DNA from: Macrostomum lignano
Taxonomy: Eukaryota
Reading direction: 5' to 3'
Assembly: GCA_002269645.1 (NCBI GenBank)
Contig: NIVC01001815.1
Location: 11,739-75,738, forward strand
Length of the DNA: 64,000 nt
Part shown: positions 52,886-64,000 of the stretch, piece after piece
Layout: every line of letters begins with the position of its first letter
Numbering within the stretch: position 1 is the stretch's first letter
The notes under the pieces: model-generated
What the model saw: only the letters and a program-made list of their open reading frames with translations
The model's database searches: none
What the model was told of the DNA's origin: nothing
Translations under genes and position numbers: made by a program

Positions 52886-54519
52886 GTGAGCGGATTTTTA
52901 GCATGAAAAATTGAGCAAGATTTTGTTTTACTAGGAGCGGTCAGGTCTTATTTCGACAATATACCGAATTGCGGGCGCCTCCCTCGCAATGAAGCCAAAT
53001 GCCCGGCTCCATCAGTTTCGGGTGTCACTAATCGGTACTATGTTCGGCTATGACTCGGGGTCGTTGGATGTGAGGGCATCGTCACACAGCCCAGACTTTC
53101 ATACAGTGCACCGATGCTTGGGTACCAAATGCACCTGTGCGCTGTTTACCTAGCTAGTGCTTTGATTTCAACTGGCGGTTGTTTCTAACTGTTGCTGGAA
53201 GTAGGTAAACCTAAGATCGGCTGAGAGGATTTCAAAGAGTCTCCGGTGATTCTTCAAAATCCGGTGCCTAAAGCCTGTCTTTGCTTTAGCTTGTAGAGAC
53301 TCTCGCGAGGGAGTGGGACAAGAAAAAAACGAGGGGGGAACCGAGTGGACGGGAAAAGTGAGATGGGGAAGAAGAGATTTTGAAATCCGATACAGGGCGG
53401 TGAGTGCGGTAGGGACGGGCCTTATCCCTCCCCAGCAGCCCAGTAGCCACATCCAGTGCTCCGATTAGAGATAACAATATGCGACGGGGCTGGCGGCGGC
53501 TAAGCACCTCCGCCTTGCAAGGGGTGAGGGGGGCTGGGATGGCAGGCCATTAGCAATGGCTGGTTCCATCTCATCTCCCACCCCCGTGCCTTGCCTGTAA
53601 TCCCTCATCCCATTGTCTTCTGTTTTATACTTTCCTTTCCCTTGTGCCCGTATCCAAATCTTGCAAAAATGGGAACAATGTAACAGTTGGTCGGAGCTGT
53701 CATGGCGTGGTTCAATACTTTTTTCCTGACATATTTCCTCGGAACAACACGCTAAAGCAGTGGATTTGAGCCGATCCATCCCACAATATAGCTAAAATGT
53801 AGACGAGTATATTGAGCTCGTGACAAGCTGCCCGATGAAGCTGTGCAGTTTGGGGAAGCTGGCTGGACCAGAGAGTGAATTAATTGATTTTTCTACCTAG
53901 CGCAGCTTCGTCATCGCTTGCCTTCCGTTCCGCTTCAAGTCAGATCGATTCGCAAATCCTATTGGCAATGGTCTGCTTCTGCTCTTGCTTTTGTATTTCT
54001 TCGTCTTCTTGAGTTGGTTTAAAAATTTATTTATCTGCAACGAGGACTCCTGTGTTCCTAGCTATATTGTTGCATAACAGCCGCTTGTTGCACACACTGG
54101 ACACATCAAAGTGAGGCTCTTTGTGTCTCATCAACAAGCAAAGCTAGTTTCAGCAAACACGTGCTACCCTTAATTAAAACTATATATGACTATGAAAAAC
54201 AATGTAACAAGTAGCAGCAAGCAGGACAGGCGTCCAACACAGAACGCAGAGGTTCCAACCTTGATGTAAAAAGCTATCGATCGATCAATCTCCCTCGCTA
54301 GTATACGGACCTGGCCGAGCCAAAGGTGGATGGATGCTTCCCAAAGACTCTATCGCTTCTCTGGACGGGCGGGGCTGACTGGCGGAGCGTGAAGGTGTCA
54401 GAGGCAGCAAAGGGTGTCCCGCATTGTGAGGGCTGGCTGGTCTCTTTGCCTCGGAACCTTAGCGCTCTCTTCTGCTCTGTGCGTGTGTGGGTGTAAATTC
54501 GCTTCACTTCTCATAGCAG

Positions 54520-54690
54520 TCTTCAACTGTCCAGACGGCCAACAGAATAATGATTGATGCTTCTCATCCAGTTCTCCTTTATAATGAAATCCTACCCTGC
54601 CCTGCCAAGCTGCCGCACACAAAGAATGATCAGCCATTGTTGCTCTCCACCGCCAACACTGCGGCAGCTGCCATGCCAACAGACTGTGCG
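54520..54690 (+). CDS. Candidate phase 0/0 cytoplasmic exon of the protocadherin
   Basis: Acceptor TCATAGCAG, 57 open codons (SSTVQTANRIMIDASHP...AMPTDCA), donor GCG|GTACGG. Confidence 0.4.
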
Positions 54691-55929
54691 GTACGGTCTG
54701 TAACTCAGGCCCGGAAGGCCCTGCCAAACTGAGCCTCTTGATTCTGACGGGTTCCGTCCGGAAGCCGCTCAGGCTAGAAGATGACGGAGGCGCGATGATG
54801 CATCCTGCTGTTTAGGTGCCGCTTCCCTGCACCTGGCGACTGGTTAGCTCACAGAAAGTCTGCTCACCATTCTCCCTGACCTGTGACCTCTGACCGACAT
54901 GCATTGAGCTGGCCCTGAGAAGCGTAACGAAATACCCTTTTGATAGTTAATTCATTTCAGGCATCGGATCTGAAGCCGGGGCGAGGAGAAAGTACACGCA
55001 AGCCTCTGCCCCAATACAAATGGTCTCAATGGGACATGAAAATACATGGGAGGGAGCGAATTCACGGCACACTGAGCAGGGGAGAGATTTTCAGGTCGGC
55101 AGAAGAATCCCAAAACGGAGTTGCGACCCGGGAATTAGCAAGTAATGAGGCTTTCCAATTATTAGCAGAGCGAGCACAGGAAGGGGGCAGAGGGACCCCG
55201 GGGCCCGATGCCCCCACCTCCGACGTCTCTTTGTGGCTCTCCCAGTCCCTGGCACTGCGCAGATCGGCTTTTGCCTTTCTCCATCTTCTTCTTTTGCTCT
55301 TCTTCTTTAATAAGAAAGAAAAGTTTTTTGACCCACGCCAAACGAAACTTTGTCCCTATCTTATCTGGCTTCTTTATCTTGCTGGATGCGTTCTCGGGAT
55401 TGTCTTCTTTTGTGAGACCCTTTTCTCCACTCTGTCCCAGCCTCTGTGCCTCATCCGTTGCTGGAGTGAAAGTTAGCTGGGGGTAACCTAGCAAGATTTC
55501 GGCCGGAGCCAAAGCCGCCGCCCTAATCCTGTGCCCCTGATCCGCGGACAGAATTTCCCCAGAGGGCGGAACGCGATGTCCGAGGCCTGTCTGGAGAAAG
55601 TCTGCGAGCGCCTTTTCGTTGTGCAGCGCTTAAGCGAGGCTTCAATTATCTCCCGATTAAAACTTTCCATCCGTCCTCCCATGAGGGCCGGACAGATTAG
55701 CGATTATGGTGCCGCTGAACTTCCTGCGAGGCTGGATGAGAATTTAAGCTTCATCAAGCTTCTCTGCTTAGTTCCTATTCATTCTTTAATGCCTCGCAGA
55801 GGACAGAGTTCCATAGTGATGAAGATGGCTAGGCTTGATGAAGCTTTGGACGCAAGTGCTTTCTAACAAATCTGTGAGTGTATTTTGAACTAGAAATTCC
55901 TGGAAGTTTGTGCTTGGCTTGAATGGCGG

Positions 55930-56280
55930 AGAAGAGAGAAGAGGGGAGAAAAGAGAATGGATAAGATAGCGGGGAGAGGAGACAGGTGAGAAGTGAGAGA
56001 AGAGAGGTGAGAGGAGAAAGGAGAAGATAGAGGAGAGAAGAGAAAAGATAAATGATAGAGAGGAGAGAGGAGAGAAGAGGGAGGAGAAGAGAGAAGAGAA
56101 GAGAGAAGAGAGAAGAGAGAGGAAAGAAGAGAGAAGAGAGGAGAGAGAGGAGAGAGAGGAGAGAGAGGAGAGGAGGAGAGAGGAGAGAAGAGAGGGGAGG
56201 GAAGAGAGAAGAGAGGAGAGAGAGGAGAGAGAGGAGAGGAGGAGAGAGGAGAGAAGAGAGAAGAGGAAAGTTCAGAGAGC
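55930..56280. repeat. Purine-rich GA low-complexity tract
   Basis: Direct reading. Confidence 0.92.
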
Positions 56281-56891
56281 AGAAAGGACCCATAGAAAGA
56301 GATTCCAGAGACAGGTGAGGTCTGCAGGGAGTGAGGTGAGCCAGAGTTACTTCAGAAACTAACACATGAATTAGTGAGCATTTGCATCCAGAAATTGCTG
56401 AAGACAGCAACATTGAATAGCTCTTTAAACCAGGAGCATTCGCTACTGCAACTGCTACCCCCCCCCTCTGTAATAACCCTTATTAGCCTTGATTTGCTCT
56501 CGATCATGTCTTCAGGCTGACCTGAATGACTGCTCGCTTCCAGCAGCAGCAGCAGTGCTAAGTAAGCCAGGAAAATCAGCCATGCTTGGAGATGGTGGGA
56601 GCCCCCGGGGCGCCAGGGGGATAACTCGATTGCTGCTGCCCAGGCTGATGCAGGGGGAAGTGGGCTCAATTTACTGCATGCTCAGGCTAGAACACAAGGC
56701 AGCTGAGATGGGCCGTGTGATTGCATTTCGCTGTTGCCACCCAAATCCTTCATTTGCGAGGTGAAGCGGAAGGCACTGTTGCTCAACTTATCGCCGTGCA
56801 ACAATAAATTGCATTAAGAGGGGAGGGGGGCATCGGCATCCTTGTTAGGCAAAGACAGCATCCGAGTAGTGCATTCAATCTGCATTTTCAG

Positions 56892-57113
56892 TCGCTGAGA
56901 TCGTACCTGCAGCCTCAGCAATACCAGCTGCAGCACCAGCACCAGCTGCAGCACCGGTCTGACTACCTGCCCATGGAACGAGTCTCCGTCGGTTTCAGTG
57001 GAATCGGCGGAATTGTCGGAGTCGGCGGCAGCGGCGGCGGCAGCAGCGGCCATACCTTCGTTCGGACCTTCCAGCATCCGCAGCAGCGCTACTTTGGAGC
57101 TCCATCGCCCAGG
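56892..57113 (+). CDS. Candidate phase 0/0 cytoplasmic exon of the protocadherin
   Basis: Acceptor CATTTTCAG, 74 open GC3-rich codons (SLRSYLQPQQYQLQHQHQLQHRSDYLPMERV...APSPR), donor AGG|GTGAGT. Confidence 0.6.
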
Positions 57114-57211
57114 GTGAGTGAGATTGAGGACAGTTCTTTTACAGCTTATAGCATCTGGGATTCCTGCTGATATATCATTGCCCACAGGATTCTCTGATTA
57201 TATTGATGGTT

Positions 57212-57550
57212 TACATGATTTTTACATGAAATAGCTCCCATGCTTGAACATGAAATAGTTCACATGATTGTACATGAAATAGTTCACATGATTGTACATG
57301 AAATAGGTTCACATGATTGTACATGAAATAGTTCACATGATTATACATGAAATAGTTCACATGATTATACATGAAATAGTTCACATGCTTGAACATGAAA
57401 TAGTTCACATGATTTTACATGAAATAGTTCACATGATTGTACATGAAATAGTTCACATGATTGTACATGAAATAGTTCACATGATTGTACATGAAATAGT
57501 TCACATGATTTTACATGAAATAGTTCACATGATTGTACATGAAATAGTTT
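57212..57550. repeat. 24-bp minisatellite
   Basis: Unit CATGAAATAGTTCACATGATT(G/A/T)TA. Confidence 0.95.
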
Positions 57551-58904
57551 GCAGGATTAGACTAATTTCACAGAAATTTGCAATCCGGAGCTGCTAAACA
57601 GCAAAGTTGAAGAACTTTATCGTCAATTTCTACCAACTCGCTGATGCATCAAACCATGTCGCCTTTTCCCAGCCGCAATCTCTTTGAGTCGCGTCCGTAA
57701 TCCTCCCCTCTTTTTCCTCATAATCGCCCTCTGTTTCTTACTTTCTTGTCGCGGTCTTTGCCCTGCGTAATCCCTCTGTGTCTTTCTCTCTCTGCGCCCA
57801 TCGTCTTCTGCTCCAGATCTCCGCAGTTTTGCCTCTCCTATAAGGCGACGTGACAGAACGCCACTCCCGAGGCCAAATCTGTGTTGGTCCCGGGTGGAGA
57901 GGAGAGGCCCCTCGGCAGTCCCGATGCGGGCAGGAATCGGCAGCCATCCTGCTCAGACGCCGCGAACTCGAGTCTCGAGTGCTGAAATCACGCGCGCTCG
58001 GCAGGCCACAATTACTGACGCATCCTGGAGGGTCTGTGCCTGCCTCACCACCACCCCCTGCTCATCTTCGCGAGCCCCTCCACCCCCTGCCGGGCATGAT
58101 CAAGTGGCCGTTGTCAATTAAAATTCACGCGCTAATCCTCAATCATTGCCGGTAGATGATAATCCGTCGAGTTTTCCTAATTCTCAATCTATAATATTTC
58201 ACTGGGAAACTTTTTCATCTTTTCGGAGAGCTTGACTGCCCAACCCGGCTGAGAGCTCAATTCGCATGCTCCAAGGAGTGCGAGAGGGAGATGAGGGAGA
58301 GAGAGCGAGAAAAAAGTCGCAGTCATTGCTTGACGAAATCTCCGCCCGGCTAATCCCCTTATTAATGACGCCGCGCCTCGATCAGCGCACGGCCGAGGCC
58401 AAGGACCGAACTTGGAGAGCGCTTTTGTAATAACAAATCGAGCCAGCGGCCTCGCATTATTGATGGCGCCGTCCCAGCGTCATCAATCCCCGAGCCCGGT
58501 CGCTGGCTCAGTCAGGCGAGCCGCCATCGAGGCGGGGACGGCGGCGCTGCCGATGGACTAAATAGTAAAAGCAGGGAGAAAGCAGGAAAACCTTTAAGTT
58601 GTTGGGCCCCCTTCTTCCTTTTTTGAGACCTGAGATTTTTTACTGAGTTAAAGTTGATTTTCCTACCTTAGTGAGAGCTTGAAGCTGCCGTTTACGGGGA
58701 TATTGAAGGTGCTGGCCCTGCCTGCCTGGCTGCCTGGCTCCGCTTCTGTTCACTTCGGTGCCCGCGCAGCGCCGGCGCTCTAAAGCTGCTCTCGGGGTGG
58801 CGGCTTTTAGCCACGCGAAATTGAACGGCTAAAAGCTTCCTGGCTTGCACTGTGAGTCCGCCTGACCTGGCAGGGCCGGCCGCGGTGGCGCGAGACATAG
58901 GCAG

Positions 58905-59327
<423 letters not shown>

Positions 59328-60229
59328 GGCTGCAGCGCAAGCCTCATGCAGATGGGTCGCAGTCAGACTCCCCGCCCCTTCCCGGGCGTGAAGCAGGGAG
59401 ATTTGCAGCGATGCAAACAGCAGCAGACTGACAGCTAATGACTGTGTGCTCAGCCAGCCAGCAACTGCTCAGCTCTGAAATTGGCGGAACAGACCCCGGC
59501 TGCCAGCACGGCGCTGCTCCGCATCAGCTGCCCCGGGTCTCACGCCACAATCCATCTGAGCAGCAGCGCTGACTTTCAGCACCTGCTGATGGGTGGGGCG
59601 GATTCCTGCAGTTTCTTACTGTGCTGCTCAACTACGAGCTACTTTGGTTTCCCATCGGCTGCTCCTCTGCTTCTTTGTTCCAAGATTGCCATAGAGAACT
59701 CTTAGATACTTTTGTTGTCTCGAGTTAGTCTGAGTAATAGTGGGGGGGGGCATCTGAAATTTGTCGCAATTGGAACGGAGGCTCCAGTTATTGGCATTTG
59801 CTTCCGTGGCTTCCCCGGTCTCCACTCGGTACCGCTTGTGGCCCCTCCGTTCCGATCATAAAACACAATTTTATGACCTGCGAGCTCCCGCTACTGTTCC
59901 TTTTTTCCTTTCCTAACTCCCTCCTCCAGCGAGTTTAGCCTCTGTCTAAAGCTGCTGTTACTTCGGGTAATTGCGTCCTGCTAAGGGAGGAGTGAAAATA
60001 GGGAAGAGCGACACAATTCTCAGAGGCAAGGAGATCTAGATAGAAACTAGAGCCTGTGGGGAGAGGGAGAATTCTTCCCAAAATCACCTTTTTAGCCAGG
60101 TGTCGGCTGAGTGAAGTTTTTGACATGCATGTCGGTAAGTTGCCGTTGAGTTGCCGTTAAGTTGCCGTTAAGTTGCGTCTGCAATCCGGCCACTCAAGGT
60201 TCGTGTCTCCTCTCAGCTCTCTTATTTTG

Positions 60230-60740
60230 AATCTCCTCTCTTCTCGTCTCTCCTCTCTTCTCGTCTCTCCTCTCTTCTCGTCTCTCCTCTCTTCTCGTCT
60301 CTCCTCTTCTCGACTCTCCTCTCTTCTCGTCTCTCCTCTCTTCTCGTCTCTCCTCTCTTCTTGTCTCTCCTCTCTTCTCGTCTCTCCTCTCTTCTTGTCT
60401 CTCCTCTCTTCTCGTCTCTCCTCTCTTCTTGTCTCTCCTCTCTTCTTGTCTCTCCTCTCTTCTCGTCTCTCCTCTCTTCTCGTCTCTCTCTCTTCTCGTC
60501 TCTCCTCTCTTCTCGTCTCTCCTCTCTTCTCGTCTCTCCTCTCTTCTCTCGTCTCTCCTCTCTTCTCGTCTCTCCTCTCTTCTCGACTCTCCTCTCTTCT
60601 CGTCTCTCCTCTCTTCTCGTCTCTCCTCTCTTCTTGTCTCTCCTCTCTCTTCGTCTCTCCTCTCTTCTCGTCTCTCCTCTCTTCTCGTCTCTCCTCTCTT
60701 CTCCTTCCTTCTGTCTTCTCTCTTCCCTCTCCTCTCTCCC
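60230..60740. repeat. 15-bp pyrimidine minisatellite
   Basis: Unit TCTCCTCTCTTCTCG. Confidence 0.95.
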
Positions 60741-61311
60741 CTCTGACCCGCAGTCCTGTGCTAGGTCCTGTATCTGGCCCTACAACCCCCGTCTCAGTAA
60801 GAAAGGATAGGCGAGACTTCTGTTACTCGCGTCCTTGGGCATCGCAAGACAGTGGCGCTGCACCTCGTGGCACGATGAAGCCGAGTATCACAGAATTGAA
60901 AGGCTTAACTTATAAATACCCAGCCCAGTATCTAATCTATCATTCTCCAATTTCAAACTTCACCTGTGCCCGCTCTCAGCTGATTCAACCGCCCGCCCAC
61001 CCACCTGACCCCCTGCTCTTGTTTGTCTCCCGCGACTTCTCTCTTTCTCTCTCTCCTCATAGGAAAACTTCTTCATCACTCATGCTTCTCATTCTCATGC
61101 CTATACGGTAGGGCTGTCTCTATTCAGTCGAATAACTTCCCTGGGATATTAGCGAGAGTTGTTGTCCCACTGCAAACACGCGAGCGAGAGGCGGAAAGGG
61201 GAAGTCGCACTATGAGAGCAGTCGCTCTCCGGGAAATTGTGAAAATTTGTAGTTGAAGCTTGAAACTTGGTGGAGATTCGAAACTGTTTTAGGAACTTTT
61301 GAGATTGCCAT

Positions 61312-61725
<414 letters not shown>

Positions 61726-63372
61726 AGTGTCAAGTTTGCTGTCGAGGACACTGAAACAAGGCAATCCCAGCCGAGGTCAAAGACGATCCCCAGCAGACAA
61801 TGGAAACCAGATTTTGGCTGTGCCCCCCCCACCGACAATCGCAGAAACAAGTGAGCAATTCACACTTTTAATCAAAGCTGATCAGCGCACACCTTGGCCA
61901 GCTGTGGCCTCCAGTTGCCCCGCACGGGAAATGAAAAGCTGAGCCACTTGGCTAATCCTGTGCAGCAGTTATTATTAAACTTGTCAGGTCGCAGTTCTGG
62001 GGCGAGCCAACCAAGTCACCAACAGGATATTATTGTAATTAGCAGGAATCGAGCGGCTCTGGTGCCTTCTATTCATATTATCTGTCGGATAACTCAATGG
62101 GAATTTCTGCTGCAAGCCAGTCAGACTCGAACCAAAGCGCGCCTGCATCGAAAATTCCCAAATGACATTAGTATTTCCCTTGCCAACTATACTAGGAAAG
62201 CCTAGACTGGCACAGTTTCTCAGTCCCTCATCTCTCCGGATCCATGGCTATCATGCTTCCACTGGACTGCTGGCGAGTGTGCTTGGCAGCTTATTAGCGC
62301 CAGACAAACTGTTGCATAACTCTTTGCCAATCCTCTTCCCATTGCCATTATCCCAATAAGCTTCCCGCCTCTTTTCATCCCACCCAGATCTGTAGCCGGT
62401 GATAAAGAAAGTTTTCAGTTTTTTTGTGCCTTGCGGCTTTTCTGCTGCTTTTCGCTTTTAACCGAACGGAACACGCGTCGCAACGCGCGGAAACACAATG
62501 TCAAAACTGCTAATGGCCACTTCGTTTCAGTGCAAGCTTCTTTAGGTCATTACTATTATTATCACCAGCGACTTTTTTCTGTTTCCGTTCCTTTTTTGTC
62601 TTCTCGTACGGTATATCTTTCCCTGAAATCTGCTTTCTGTTTTTTTGTCGCTGCGTAACTAACAACAAGCCTGTATCGGTCTGCTTTGATCGGAGAAATT
62701 CGCTTGCTTTCTTTCTCTTTTCTCTTTCCAATAACGAAATGCGTTGAGCGAAGATTCTTGGCATGTTTTAGCCTCAGTCCGATGGATGATAAAGAATTGA
62801 AATAAGAAAATGCAACAGTCACCCAGTTTAGATTTTAACTTGCAGCGCACAAGCAACTTTACCCACTTTTACCAGTGGTGGATCGCGGATTTTTTTCCGA
62901 GGGATAAGCTGACCCCTTGACCCCTGGATGCGTCAGTTACCCGAGCTCTTCATATGTATTTCTGCCATAAAAGTCATTGAATTTTTAGCTTCGTTTTCTC
63001 AGCCAATCCGCAACAGAGAACGACCACCCACCCCACTCCGGACACTTTCTATCCGCCACACTATCATTCAGTCTATTTTTAGTTCATTCTTATTTCTCTC
63101 AGCCAATTAATTGGCAATCGCTGAAAAGCGCCCACCTCTCCCTCCAGACTATTTTAGGCTAGCGGCATTTTGTGTAGCTAGAAAAACACCCACCTCACTC
63201 CAAGTGATCTCTAAAAGTCATTCCTATTTTAGCTGATTTCTATCAGCCAATCAGAAATCAGGACAGTCACCCGATCACTCCGCCCTTTGTTTACATTATA
63301 GCTCGTAATTGTTCTATTTTTAGCTTGTGTTTGTTAGCAAAAACCAGCCACATCACTCTGCTCTAATTTTAG

Positions 63373-63602
63373 CCCGGCCTGATTCTCACCGGCCAGACAG
63401 ACGGTGCGCAGCACCATGAGCGCCGACTGTCGAGGAAGCCAGCGTGGACGACTCCGGGCGCGGCGGCTCAATCGAAGACGTGAAGGTGCCCAACAGCATC
63501 GGCACGTTTGTTGGGCCGTTGACTCTGCCGAGGAGCGGTCACCCGCATCACGCCTACCTGCTGCGGCCCGACCGGACCGCGCCCTCGGCCAGTGCAATCT
63601 AG
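63373..63602 (+). CDS. Candidate terminal exon of the protocadherin with a DDSGRGGS motif; needs a 1-bp correction near 63422 or another acceptor
   Basis: Acceptor TAATTTTAG. Frame from 63432 reads EEASVDDSGRGGSIEDVKVPNSIGTFVGPLTLPRSGHPHHAYLLRPDRTAPSASAI*. AATAAA at about 63862. Confidence 0.45.
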
Positions 63603-64000
63603 ACTCCCGAGTCCCGTCCAAAAATTGCCCCTCCCCGAAATTGATGGTCCAGTAATCTTTCTGAGTCATCCTGATCATTATATTCTCACCTTCAAAATGA
63701 TTCGTAGTTCTCAAGTGTACATGCACGTGTAAATGTACTTTTATAGATGAACAAAACTAGGCTTTGCGATTTACTAGTACTCTGTTCTGTTCTGTATCTG
63801 GTTAGTACACACACACTAAATAACCAAACAGCGCTATTTATATGTATATTTATGTATTCATAATAAAGTATGGATCTCTTCTATTCTGAACCTAGTCCAC
63901 TTAATTAACCGTTCTACTTTTAGTCCAGACCCTTCAGCCAATAAGTTCACATGCGACCCAGTTCTGACTTTAGCCTAGCCTAGCCCAATAAATAGTTTTA

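Noticed and set aside
50001-52904. Multiple antisense ORFs over the protocadherin, ALDH5A1, TMEM117 and the LINEs
   Set aside because: They are shadow frames expected from GC-rich codon usage on the opposite strand.
52935-53160. Possible exon right after the protocadherin donor
   Set aside because: The most protein-like frame needs a phase-1 donor that is not present, and the phase-0 frame has poor codon style; unresolved.
58330-58560. Cluster of TAAT/TGATGG homeodomain-like sites as an enhancer
   Set aside because: Short motifs alone are not evidence without conservation or chromatin data.
62124-62133. Isolated box-B-like GGTTCGAGTC on the minus strand
   Set aside because: No box A or cloverleaf nearby.

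Overview
Eukaryotic (animal) genomic DNA with spliced genes, GC-rich codon third positions and a very high load of micro- and minisatellites. The (GACA)n arrays and private minisatellites inside many introns suggest a free-living flatworm such as Macrostomum (inference, not verified). Hand-assembled genes: TMEM117 (minus, runs off the left edge); a three-exon oxytocin/vasopressin-type neuropeptide-neurophysin precursor (mature peptide CFVANCPPG-amide; exons 1 and 3 are absent from the ORF track); FBXO16 (minus); mitochondrial succinate-semialdehyde dehydrogenase (ALDH5A1); an orphan coiled-coil ORF whose tryptophans all fall in one heptad register; and a 7-repeat protocadherin with probable distant cytoplasmic exons. 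Mobile DNA: an RNase H-bearing non-LTR retrotransposon sitting inside a (GACA)n microsatellite and itself hit by an antisense, 5'-truncated sister element (13-bp TSD); a tRNA-derived SINE family with a covarying hairpin; a Penelope-like 3' fragment with a minimal hammerhead motif; a foldback-type element; a MITE; and a decayed chromodomain/zinc-motif gene between direct repeats. Several conserved frames break by a single missing base in a short run, which looks like long-read assembly error. All coordinates and translations were read by eye and no database searches were run.
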